From a virus (taxonomy: Duplodnaviria > Heunggongvirae > Uroviricota > Caudoviricetes): a DNA stretch of 34,522 bases. Positions 9,760 through 18,436 of this stretch are shown here, piece after piece. The position numbers were made by a program, and so were the translations under genes. The stretch lies in the IMG/VR virus record IMGVR_UViG_3300037589_000184, positions 1 to 34,522 of that record. The stretch is one strand, 5' to 3'. The notes beneath the pieces were generated by a model, which was not told the DNA's origin, ran no database searches, and worked only from the letters and a program-made list of their open reading frames with translations. How positions within the stretch are numbered: position 1 is the stretch's first letter; every line of letters starts with the position of its first letter.

Positions 9760-9794
9760 CAAAGTTACACTTTTTATTGAATTATTTTTCCAAA
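9760..9794 (-). promoter_or_regulatory. Bacteroidota-type promoter TTTG-N23-TAACTTTG for the nuclease gene
   Basis: Exact TAnnTTTG at 9767-9760 and TTTG at 9794-9791; ATG lies 3 nt downstream of the box. Confidence 0.6.
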
Positions 9795-10432
9795 ACTTCT
9801 TTAAGTGTCTTTTTAATAGTGCTATTATATATCAGGGAGGCCTTTCTTCTCCCAAGTTTTGTAAAACCCTTTTCATCATGTGTGGCCAATGAACTATACA
9901 CCAACACATCGTTCCTCTCATCCGCACTTATTCTCAATAAATGTCTGATATCACTGAACTCTATATGTTCTATCTCATAAATGTCCCTCAGAAGACTGGC
10001 AGGCATTTTCTTGGTCTGTAGACTCACCATTCCCAATGCCTCGGCCTCTTTCAACATTCCCCTGTACATTTCATCTATTCCCAAACTTCTGTACCTTGCA
10101 ATGGCATTTACTTGATAATCAGAGGTCTTGTGCTGTTCAAATATAACGGATACTACATTAAAGTCCACCTTTCCATTTATGGCTATCAATATAAGGAATC
10201 TTTCTCCCCTTGTTGTTCTGAAAAGTTCATCAACAGCCTCCTTTATAAGATTGAATGCCGAGAAATCAAGTATCCTATCAAGTACATCGGCCTTTATCCT
10301 GTGGTCTTCTTTCTCATCCTTGTGTACCTGTATTTCCCGATTTTTCTTTTTTATCTCCCTATAATGCAGCATCAATGCGGGAATCAGGACGGTCATTCCC
10401 GATATAAGTGCTGTCAATATGGTTTCGCTCAT
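9782..10432 (-). CDS. Single-TM membrane protein with large soluble C-terminal domain; holin candidate (T4 T-like topology)
   Basis: 216 aa: N-terminal hydrophobic helix (ILTALISGMTVLIPALML), a basic stretch, then an alpha/beta domain. The function is inferred. Confidence 0.5.
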   Translation of the reverse strand: MSETILTALISGMTVLIPALMLHYREIKKKNREIQVHKDEKEDHRIKADVLDRILDFSAFNLIKEAVDELFRTTRGERFLILIAINGKVDFNVVSVIFEQHKTSDYQVNAIARYRSLGIDEMYRGMLKEAEALGMVSLQTKKMPASLLRDIYEIEHIEFSDIRHLLRISADERNDVLVYSSLATHDEKGFTKLGRRKASLIYNSTIKKTLKEVLEK

Positions 10433-10435
10433 TTT

Positions 10436-10858
10436 TCAATCCCCCTGTTTTTTATGTTCACAATAGTTTTCATGTGCACGTGGTGCCATCTTTTTTACCA
10501 GTTTGCTCTGTACAACTTTCTCCTGTACAGGTTTGCTTATGTATTTTCTGGCAAGCTTGTAACCAATGGTTGACACTAATATAGGGATAATTATGAATAT
10601 AAAACCCTTGTTTTTGATTTCTGGAATTCTCAATCTCTCGTCCACCCCTCCCAACCAAGGATTTATAAATGTTATTGTATCCTCTTCAAAGAAAAAGAAG
10701 ATAGCTGTTATGGACAGGTGTATGACATAGTCCATCCAACTGTCCATAGTGAAGAAAGTAGGTTTAAAGGGCTTTCTGTCCACATCAAACCTATAAAGGA
10801 TAAGCTTTATTAGTGTAATGAATAAAAATGTGATCAAAAGTCCTGTCCAAATGTCCAT
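10436..10858 (-). CDS. Multi-TM membrane protein; holin candidate
   Basis: 140 aa with about three hydrophobic segments and a strongly basic C-terminal tail, a class I holin-like layout. Confidence 0.5.
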   Translation of the reverse strand: MDIWTGLLITFLFITLIKLILYRFDVDRKPFKPTFFTMDSWMDYVIHLSITAIFFFFEEDTITFINPWLGGVDERLRIPEIKNKGFIFIIIPILVSTIGYKLARKYISKPVQEKVVQSKLVKKMAPRAHENYCEHKKQGD

Positions 10859-10862
10859 AACA

Positions 10863-12668
10863 TTATATAGAAAATAAAATATTTTTGTTTATACCAAGTG
10901 TAGTTCCCTCTATGACAACACTATCGACCACATTGATTGTCCTTGTCACCTGTGTTGCAGGATTTCCATTTGTGTCCGTCACATTGTAAGTGACCATGTA
11001 TACCCCTATGGTATTCGTATCCACTGTATCACCACCAATAACTATGTCTCCGGTAAGATCCCCATCTTCTGTATCAGTAGCAGTGGCACCTTGTTCCACA
11101 TATGCTCCACTCCCCACTTCCAAAGTGATAAAAGAACTTCCTATCAAGGAAATCACAGGAGCCGAACCTGAGACAACGTTCACTGTCCTTGTGACCTGAA
11201 CGGCAGCGTTCCCATTAGTATCCGTGTGGTCATAGGTAATGATATAGGTACCTATCGTGTTGGTATCAACAGTGTCCCCTCCTACTGTGGCGGCACCTGT
11301 TCCATCTTCCACATCTGTCCATGTGGCCCCCTGTTCGGTGTATGTCCCTCCAATGGTAATATTAATGGTGGCAGCTCCTGTCAAGGTTATTACAGGGGCA
11401 TTGACCACAGGGGTTCCCAACAATTCCTCTGCCCATACCTCTACCCAAGAATATCCACTTGGGGCAAGGTCTGTTGAAGTGTCCCCTCCCGGGACATTTG
11501 CAGCGAACCAAGTGTCATCTATACCATCATTGTTACTATCTGTATATGGTGTACCGGCAGCCAATACCGGATATCCTCCTACCTGTGCCGGAGTGTCTAT
11601 TATCATGTCTCCCCCTGAGGAATAATTGGTTATTGCCCTAGCATCCACTGAATCCCTGAAAGGGTAGCTTGCCCCTATGTGTGGACTAATGGTGGAAAAA
11701 ACATTGGCAGCAGGTATAGGAACAATGTTCCCAGACCACACTGCTTCTTCTTTTGTTGCCACTAGGTAGCTTTCCCACCTTGAATCAAGATGTGCGGCAC
11801 CATAATCATTGATGTTGTCTTCAATATATACATTACCTGTATGTCCTGCGACAGAATCATTTGTATATGCAGTGACCCTATTAGGGTCATATAAGGTGGC
11901 ATTTCCTTCTTTCCATTCGTTTCCTATGTTGGTCCATGATTGCCCCGATGAGTATCCACTGGATCCTACAAAGGCAAAAAATACAGTGTTTACAATTTCA
12001 TAAGTGGAACTTGCAGTTCTTAAATTCCTGTCCCTGTTTGCATGATAATAACTATTATATACAGTAATATTATTACTAGCAAGAGAAGCCGAACCTCCAA
12101 TCAATCCTCCCATGGAATGACAAGACTCAGAGTGGACCGAACAATGAAGAGCTTCCGATACAATATTATTGGATAAAGTAACTGTTTCACAATTGGAAGC
12201 CGATAAATTTTCATCGATGCTCCACCTGACGGAACAGTGGTCCACTATGATATTATTACAATTTGTGAGGGAAAGTCCATCAAAGTCCACCCCACTTGGT
12301 TTTGTACCTACAATGTTCCCGCTTGCATCCCTATATCCGTTGTCCCCGGGGGCGAATCTTAGATACCTTATTATCCAGTTGTCCCCGTTTATCCTTACGG
12401 CCCCTTTTATGGTTATCCCCCCACTGTCCGCAGGGGCAGTATGTCCAAGAATGGTCATGTTGTCCCTAGTGGAGATTATCTGGTCCGTATAGTTCAATTC
12501 TATGGTCCCCCCTATCTCAAAGACCACTATTCTGTTCGATGCCCCTGTAATGGCATCCCTAAAAGATCCCGGACCACTATCATTAAGATTGGTGACCTTA
12601 TATATGGATCCTCCACGTCCCCCTGTAACGTTGGCTGCGAACCCCTTTGCTCCCGGAAATGCTGGCAT
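10863..12668 (-). CDS. PL1-type pectate-lyase-like beta-helix protein with two C-terminal DUF5011-like Ig domains; candidate virion depolymerase
   Basis: PAFPGAKGF...TGGRGG..YKVTNLNDSGPGSFRDA, IIVDHCSVRWSIDENLS and DSNNDGIDDTW are hallmarks of Bacteroidota PL1 proteins. Two repeats of APVI.L.G...EQGAT.TD.EDG follow. Confidence 0.85.
   Translation of the reverse strand: MPAFPGAKGFAANVTGGRGGSIYKVTNLNDSGPGSFRDAITGASNRIVVFEIGGTIELNYTDQIISTRDNMTILGHTAPADSGGITIKGAVRINGDNWIIRYLRFAPGDNGYRDASGNIVGTKPSGVDFDGLSLTNCNNIIVDHCSVRWSIDENLSASNCETVTLSNNIVSEALHCSVHSESCHSMGGLIGGSASLASNNITVYNSYYHANRDRNLRTASSTYEIVNTVFFAFVGSSGYSSGQSWTNIGNEWKEGNATLYDPNRVTAYTNDSVAGHTGNVYIEDNINDYGAAHLDSRWESYLVATKEEAVWSGNIVPIPAANVFSTISPHIGASYPFRDSVDARAITNYSSGGDMIIDTPAQVGGYPVLAAGTPYTDSNNDGIDDTWFAANVPGGDTSTDLAPSGYSWVEVWAEELLGTPVVNAPVITLTGAATINITIGGTYTEQGATWTDVEDGTGAATVGGDTVDTNTIGTYIITYDHTDTNGNAAVQVTRTVNVVSGSAPVISLIGSSFITLEVGSGAYVEQGATATDTEDGDLTGDIVIGGDTVDTNTIGVYMVTYNVTDTNGNPATQVTRTINVVDSVVIEGTTLGINKNILFSI
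10927..11400 (-). repeat. Two tandem Ig-like (DUF5011-type) repeats of about 80 aa
   Basis: APVITLTG...GGDTVDTNTIGTY...QVTRTVNVV and APVISLIG...GGDTVDTNTIGVY...QVTRTINVV. Confidence 0.85.
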
Positions 12669-12689
12669 AGCTTCTTATTTTTTAAATTG

Positions 12690-13673
12690 TTATTGTGGTG
12701 TAAGTGAAATCAAATCTATCTCAAACCAATCCCCACTTGTCTCCCCATTGAAATCAAACCAAAGATTGTATGTTCCCGTGACAGTAGGACTCAATGTCAG
12801 GTTATAAGTGGCAAACGATGTTGTCATATAAGGTTGTGAATTTATGGCGGCATATTCCGCACCATCTGTTCTTTGTGGATCGATTATGCGGATCTTGGAT
12901 GCTGCACTTGCCCTTCCCCTTATTACATAATCATATACCACACCTGCTTCAAGACTGACCACATATTGTGCCCTTGCGGCATTCGCACTCGAAATGATCC
13001 CCCTTACCACATATCCATCTGTATCATTTGCAACAGAGGAAAAAGATATGTCCGAACCTGATTGATCCGTCCACCCTGCATCCACTGTGTTTGTCTCGTT
13101 GACAGGATCAGCGGCATCCCCGGCCTGATAAAGGTTATTGTTTATCACATAGGCCACAAAGGAACCTGAACTCCCTATATATGCCCAATTGTCCGTGCTC
13201 AGTTTAATGACCGAAAAAGGTACGTTTTGGTCCACTGACTCGTTTGTATCAGCAGTTACACCGGATTCTTTGTCGATCTTTATCTTTCCTGTACCGAATT
13301 GGATAAATGTAAAGGCAACATTCGGACCATAGGCCACATTCGTGTTGTTCGGGATGGTGAAGGTATAGTCTGTGGAAGAAGTGTTGTAAAAGACCTTTCC
13401 TGCATCGGCCAAGACTGCGGTATAATCTGCTGTAAGTTCCTGTAGTTGTGCCTCCCCCCCTACATTAAGGTTACCGGACCCCAATATGGACTGTCCGTTT
13501 ATACTTTTGATGTTGGTCCCACTGCTCAGGTTGGGCTGTTTCGTGTCCAGAGCTGTCTGTGCCGCAGTGGATATAGGTTTGTTTGCATCAGAGGTGTTGT
13601 CCACTTGATCCAACCCTACATCGGATTTTGAAAGGCTCTCTATCTGTTCTATTCTAAAAATAGGTTTTCCCAT
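12690..13673 (-). CDS. Tail fibre / spike protein, 327 aa
   Basis: Fibre shaft motifs KSDVGLDQVDNTSDANKPISTAAQTALD and SGTNIKSINGQSILGSGNL; C-terminal beta-sandwich-like region. Confidence 0.75.
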   Translation of the reverse strand: MGKPIFRIEQIESLSKSDVGLDQVDNTSDANKPISTAAQTALDTKQPNLSSGTNIKSINGQSILGSGNLNVGGEAQLQELTADYTAVLADAGKVFYNTSSTDYTFTIPNNTNVAYGPNVAFTFIQFGTGKIKIDKESGVTADTNESVDQNVPFSVIKLSTDNWAYIGSSGSFVAYVINNNLYQAGDAADPVNETNTVDAGWTDQSGSDISFSSVANDTDGYVVRGIISSANAARAQYVVSLEAGVVYDYVIRGRASAASKIRIIDPQRTDGAEYAAINSQPYMTTSFATYNLTLSPTVTGTYNLWFDFNGETSGDWFEIDLISLTPQ

Positions 13674-13699
13674 GATATAAGTTTTTGTAGCTTTTTATA

Positions 13700-16600
13700 T
13701 TATTCCATAAAATAATGCCCAGAAAGCACAATATCAGAACTCCCCGAGGCCGTAAAGGCTGTTAAGGAGCTGTTGGCATCATTTGAAGCGGAACCTTTTG
13801 TATAAAAAAGAATGGCACCAAATGAACTTGATATGGTAAGTTCTGCATGTAATGAATCATAAGTCCCTGTTCCCCAATCGGTATATCTTGATATTGTAAC
13901 AGCATATCTTTTCTCCCCTGCACTGGCGGAAGGGTACATTGCACCGGGGAAAACAACTCTTATCGAACCTGTTGCACTTCCACTCAACGAGTCTATCCTA
14001 CATGTAAAATAGGCCACTTGCCCCTCTCTTCTTATGTCCATTTGGGAAAAAGTGGTATTAAGGGAATATGTGCCGGAGGCAGTACCGCTCACAGAAGGTT
14101 CCCCTGTATAGGAGTCACTTGTGGCCCCCGGTATGTCCTGTCTGGTTATGGCTCCGGAAGAATTGGCCACCAACATCTGTGTACCCGATCCTGAAAGTCC
14201 CGTTATGACAACTGAACCGCTGCCCAGTCTCATCTCATTGTTTGTAAGACTGTTCCTTACATACATTACATTGCCAGTGTTGAAACCCAAAACGCCCACA
14301 ACAGAATTATTTGAATCTTCCAACCATATTCTTGGCGTTGCAGAAGAGCCGGAATTACTGGTATCCCTTATCTGTAAAAAGGGATTTACCGATTTTGCGA
14401 CTATAACAGAACTTTGAAAAGTATTTCCAGAAGTAAAGGTATTTGAGCTTGTAAGATCCGCCTTTTGTTCCAAGGCATCGAACACTCCATTCGATTCCAC
14501 ACCATTGGTAGATCCGTTTGTGGGAGTATTGTCAAGAATAGTGGCAGTGGCCCCATCCTCTATATTAAGGATTGCCCTTACCTGTGCAGCAGTCAGGTCA
14601 GTTGGGTCCCCTGTTGAGGTCTGCCTACCTTTAATGGTATTCGCTGCCATATTGGCGAGCTTGGCATTTGTGACAACATCATTTGCAATGGTAAGTGCAG
14701 TTGCCCCGGTTACATCTCCCGTATGGGTGGCATTGCCCACTTTTGCCGTATTGGCAGTAACGGCAGGTGTGCCTGCAACTGCTGTGTCAAAGTCCGAGAT
14801 AGTGGAAGCCAACTGTGTGCCTGTGTGGTTTGTCCTATTGTTCGAGGCCCCGTCCTCCACATTTATGATGGCCCTTACCTGAGTGGCCGTAAGATCTTGT
14901 GGATCCCCTGTCGTACTGCTCCTTCCCTTTATGGTGTTTGCAGCCATGTTGGCCAATTTTACATTGGTCACCACATCATTTGCTATTGTGAGTGCAACGG
15001 ATCCCGTGACCTCCCCTGTATGTGTCTGGTTGGTCACCTTGGCAGTATTTGCAGTGACCGAAGGTGCTGCTGCTACAGCAGTGTCGAAATCAGAGATGGT
15101 AGAGGCTGTCTGTGTACCAAAATGATCTGCCCTGTCATTTGATCCCCCTCCCGATGAGGAAGCTTCTTCCCTTGTGATCATTGCACGGAAAATGTCCCCT
15201 GATACAACAGGGGCCGATTTTACAAAATATGTTGTGGCAGCATAGGAATAGTCCCCTGCCGTAGTGGAAGAGGTAACGGACTTTATATCCATTGTCTTGG
15301 AAATATCCGTCGAACCAATGGCCCTTATCCTTAATCCCTCTATGTTTATATTGTACTGTAATGAACCACTTGCATCATAAAAAATAAGATAGTCATTTGA
15401 ATCACTTATGTTCCGAAGAAAAGTGAGGGTACTGGATGTTCCCAGAGATGTGAGGTCCGACATATCGACAATGGAAGCCTCGACATATCTTGCATCATAT
15501 TGTACACCATATAAAGAGGAACTTCCGGAAGAGGCACTTGTCTTGTAATAAACAAATATTCCATCCCCTGCCTCTGGCTCGTCCCCAACTTCAAAATCAA
15601 ACACCCCGTTCATTGGATCCGTCAACTCTATACCATTGTCCTCCCAATATAGTTGTCCATTTACGAATACAAGGATGTCCTGTAGATATTCCCCCTCGGA
15701 TACGGTGAAAGTGGTATTGGAGCCATCCTGTGTACCTGTAAGCCCGTTCCCGGTAGAGTCCACGTATGTTATGCCCCCCTGTAGGATAGAGTTCAACTTT
15801 GCATCTATACTTATCAAATGCTCCTCCACATTCTGTACAGCGGGAGTGTAATTGGTGGGGGTAAAGGAGACCGGCACTTCATCTGCATCTTGGTCCCCGG
15901 TGTTCACACCTATCTGATTGGACAATAATATTTTTTCCGCATCGGTGAACACATTTGTATTTGCGTTACTTTCATATTTTGTCTTGATAGTGGCCGGTGT
16001 CTCCGTGCTCGTCCCTCCTGTCTGTTCAACATATTGGTTGTCATTTGAGTCCCATATATAATGGGATACAGGATCCAAGGGGCCGGAATCCACATAGGCA
16101 TACGAACCAACTGTAGGAGATGGGTGTGCAGCCTGTAGGGCCGAAAGACTGACATAGGTCCCAAGAAACTTTGAGCTTTCAAGACCTGCAAGTTTTGCCC
16201 TCTCGGCATTCGTGATTATTGCCCCACTTCCGGCAGAGGTCACATCACTATGGGTCGTCACAGATCCCGTTGCACTCACTTTTGCCGTGTTGGCCACAAC
16301 GGCAGGGGCATTTGCCACCCTTGTGTTCGTGAAGTAAAGGTTGGTGGAACCTTCCGCAATATCATCGGTATCAAGATTGTCTATCTTGTCGTTGAGCACC
16401 TGATAACTGTCCTTCATCACCAATATCAGGTCGTTTACCGTAAATATCGGATTTGATTGCCCATAGGTACCGGCAGGAAGTGCCGAGACATATTTATAGG
16501 TTATGCCATCACTTCCCAGATATGTGAATATCACAAGTTTGTTGGGCTGTATGGTAAAGGTTGCGGACTCATTGACCAACTGTGCAATGGTCTTGTTCAA

Positions 16601-16771
16601 CGTGTTGGTCCCAAGATCTATCTCTTCAAAGGAGATTGCAGCGGAACACTGGTTTATGGAGTATACGAGATCCACCAATAATTGCATGTCATCGGATTCC
16701 AAGGCAGAACATGCTTGGAACTTCTGTAGCAGGTAATCCCTTGTCTGTATGATTTCACTACAATCTATCAT
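13700..16771 (-). CDS. Long mosaic tail fibre protein, 1023 aa
   Basis: Ser/Thr/Ala/Gly-rich, with DTDDIAEGSTNLYFT and ANDVVTNAKLANMAANTIKGR fibre motifs and internal repeats; lies in the tail cluster. Confidence 0.8.
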   Translation of the reverse strand: MIDCSEIIQTRDYLLQKFQACSALESDDMQLLVDLVYSINQCSAAISFEEIDLGTNTLNKTIAQLVNESATFTIQPNKLVIFTYLGSDGITYKYVSALPAGTYGQSNPIFTVNDLILVMKDSYQVLNDKIDNLDTDDIAEGSTNLYFTNTRVANAPAVVANTAKVSATGSVTTHSDVTSAGSGAIITNAERAKLAGLESSKFLGTYVSLSALQAAHPSPTVGSYAYVDSGPLDPVSHYIWDSNDNQYVEQTGGTSTETPATIKTKYESNANTNVFTDAEKILLSNQIGVNTGDQDADEVPVSFTPTNYTPAVQNVEEHLISIDAKLNSILQGGITYVDSTGNGLTGTQDGSNTTFTVSEGEYLQDILVFVNGQLYWEDNGIELTDPMNGVFDFEVGDEPEAGDGIFVYYKTSASSGSSSLYGVQYDARYVEASIVDMSDLTSLGTSSTLTFLRNISDSNDYLIFYDASGSLQYNINIEGLRIRAIGSTDISKTMDIKSVTSSTTAGDYSYAATTYFVKSAPVVSGDIFRAMITREEASSSGGGSNDRADHFGTQTASTISDFDTAVAAAPSVTANTAKVTNQTHTGEVTGSVALTIANDVVTNVKLANMAANTIKGRSSTTGDPQDLTATQVRAIINVEDGASNNRTNHTGTQLASTISDFDTAVAGTPAVTANTAKVGNATHTGDVTGATALTIANDVVTNAKLANMAANTIKGRQTSTGDPTDLTAAQVRAILNIEDGATATILDNTPTNGSTNGVESNGVFDALEQKADLTSSNTFTSGNTFQSSVIVAKSVNPFLQIRDTSNSGSSATPRIWLEDSNNSVVGVLGFNTGNVMYVRNSLTNNEMRLGSGSVVITGLSGSGTQMLVANSSGAITRQDIPGATSDSYTGEPSVSGTASGTYSLNTTFSQMDIRREGQVAYFTCRIDSLSGSATGSIRVVFPGAMYPSASAGEKRYAVTISRYTDWGTGTYDSLHAELTISSSFGAILFYTKGSASNDANSSLTAFTASGSSDIVLSGHYFME
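14545..15138 (-). repeat. Two tandem 99-aa (297-bp) repeats in the tail fibre
   Basis: NDRADHFGTQTASTISDFDTAV...QVRAIINVEDGAS followed by NNRTNHTGTQLASTISDFDTAV...QVRAILNIEDGAT. Confidence 0.9.
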
Positions 16772-16802
16772 GGTCGTTAAAAAATGTCTTTTTTACGTTG
16801 TT

Positions 16803-16837
16803 CAAATATATGTATAATAATCGTTTATTTGACCAAA
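16803..16837 (-). promoter_or_regulatory. Bacteroidota-type promoter TTTG-N23-TATATTTG upstream of the tail fibre genes
   Basis: -7 box at 16810-16803, TTTG at 16837-16834; 31 nt to the ATG at 16771. Confidence 0.6.
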
Positions 16838-17118
16838 CGGTTCAAATAATCGTCCTTTCTTATGTTGCTGTTCACCTTTCCAACAGGATGTAGGTTACAG
16901 ACCCCTTGGTAGTACCTCCTTATATGATAGAGCCTTGCCCTCAATGTTTCCACTTTTTCCTTATACCCTTCATTGCCCTTTTTGTACATGCACTGTGCAT
17001 AAACAAGGTTCTTCAACACCAGATTATAAAGCTTTATACCATCGGTATCCAACTTTCCTGAAATGGCTGCCCTATCATAGGAGGTCAATGTACTGGATAT
17101 GAGTGTTCTTTCTTCCAT
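16825..17118 (-). CDS. Hypothetical (probably virion-associated) protein, 97 aa
   Basis: Coupled to the upstream gene; lies between the ring and fibre genes. Confidence 0.65.
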   Translation of the reverse strand: MEERTLISSTLTSYDRAAISGKLDTDGIKLYNLVLKNLVYAQCMYKKGNEGYKEKVETLRARLYHIRRYYQGVCNLHPVGKVNSNIRKDDYLNRLVK

Positions 17119-17702
17119 TATATCAAGGTCATGGTACCGTTGAGTACCCCAAAGCCAAGGTTTTTCTTTTGTTCGGGGACCACAAGTTCCCTACAGGTCA
17201 CACAATCGGTACCACAGTATTCCTCAAGCAGGGCAAGGATACTGATCGCTTCTTCGTACCATCCAAACCTTAGGGAAGTATATACATTGTCCAACAAGAG
17301 CTGTGCCTCCAATACTTCGTCATTGTCCCCTCCCAATACCACTTTCATGGTCTGGTTCAGTATACAGTCATGATATTCCGTAAGGTCCACGGTCACTCCC
17401 ATGGCAACAGCTTCGTCACAATCCGAACAATCATCATCGTTCACGGTATCAGTGGATGTGAACTCCAAGAAATATATTCCCTTGAACTCTTCTTCGGACA
17501 CTGCGGAAATAGGGATACTCAAGACTTCCCTGTTGTTCAGCCCTGAAATATAGCTGCTCAGGTCAATGGCCTTGGTGACATCCTTATAGGTGTCCTCTTT
17601 CCAAAGAAGTATCTTTTCGATGGTATTGCCAGTGGACGTGCTGACATCCAGATATATGAACTGTCTGTCATCGGAGATTCTAAGTGTCTGTATATATACC
17701 AT
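17118..17702 (-). CDS. crAss-like structural protein (tail/collar region), 194 aa
   Basis: N-terminal beta region LRISDDRQFIYLDV and helical C-terminus with CxxC motifs; position after the ring gene. Confidence 0.6.
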   Translation of the reverse strand: MVYIQTLRISDDRQFIYLDVSTSTGNTIEKILLWKEDTYKDVTKAIDLSSYISGLNNREVLSIPISAVSEEEFKGIYFLEFTSTDTVNDDDCSDCDEAVAMGVTVDLTEYHDCILNQTMKVVLGGDNDEVLEAQLLLDNVYTSLRFGWYEEAISILALLEEYCGTDCVTCRELVVPEQKKNLGFGVLNGTMTLI

Positions 17703-17704
17703 TG

Positions 17705-18421
17705 TTATTTAAGGTTGAGGTCCACCTTTTCCCTTTTTAGTTGGTAATTGGACATTCCAAGCTCGCCTGTTATGAAGAGCACGGCAAGGTCCACAATTTC
17801 TTCATGTACATGTTCCGGGAGTTCACAGTCCTGTGTGCCGGTAAGGGAGGTACCGGAAGGAAGGTCATAGCTCCCTGATCTGAAATCCTCCGCATTATGC
17901 ATGTACTTTATCTTACGGATATAGGTAAGGTGTAGCTTGTTCACAGTAAAGGTACCATCCGTATATACCCTTATCCCGCTACCATCAAAGGTAGCATTCA
18001 CACTTCTCCATTCAAAGGAAGATCTGTCGGAAGGACTTTCCTCGAACATATCATCATGTTGTCTGATATGTACGGTCCCTATCTTACCTGTACAGGAACC
18101 TTTGTCCATTCTTACCCTAGCCCTCACATAGTACCAATAGTCCGATGGAATTGTGGCCACATTGTTTGTCAGATCCAATTGGTTTGCAGGATCTTCCCCA
18201 CTCTTTACAATGGTCCTTATGTCCTCTATGGTCCTTTGGTTCGATTCAAAACCGAGGACGTCCCTTTCAGGTGTCCTCGGCATTGCTATCATCTTGACAA
18301 ACAGGTTGCATGCCTCGTTCAAGGCCCAGTCTATTTCAGGCACCAGAAAATTCCGGTTCTGTTGGCTGTCCACCTTGTTGAGCTTCTTCTTGAAGCTGTA
18401 GTGCATGTCCTTTATAGTCAT
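17705..18421 (-). CDS. Tail ring / head-tail connector (tubular) protein, crAss-like
   Basis: MHYSFKKKLNKVDS...EIDWALNEA, GFESNQRTIEDIRT and CELPEHVHEEIVDLAV are characteristic of crAss ring proteins. Confidence 0.8.
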   Translation of the reverse strand: MTIKDMHYSFKKKLNKVDSQQNRNFLVPEIDWALNEACNLFVKMIAMPRTPERDVLGFESNQRTIEDIRTIVKSGEDPANQLDLTNNVATIPSDYWYYVRARVRMDKGSCTGKIGTVHIRQHDDMFEESPSDRSSFEWRSVNATFDGSGIRVYTDGTFTVNKLHLTYIRKIKYMHNAEDFRSGSYDLPSGTSLTGTQDCELPEHVHEEIVDLAVLFITGELGMSNYQLKREKVDLNLK

Positions 18422-18436
18422 GGCGGATCAGAGGGA

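Noticed and set aside
13700-16771. DGR target or invertible shufflon in the tail fibre
   Set aside because: No reverse transcriptase, recombinase, adenine-only-variant repeat or flanking inverted repeats seen. The internal repeat differs at all base types.
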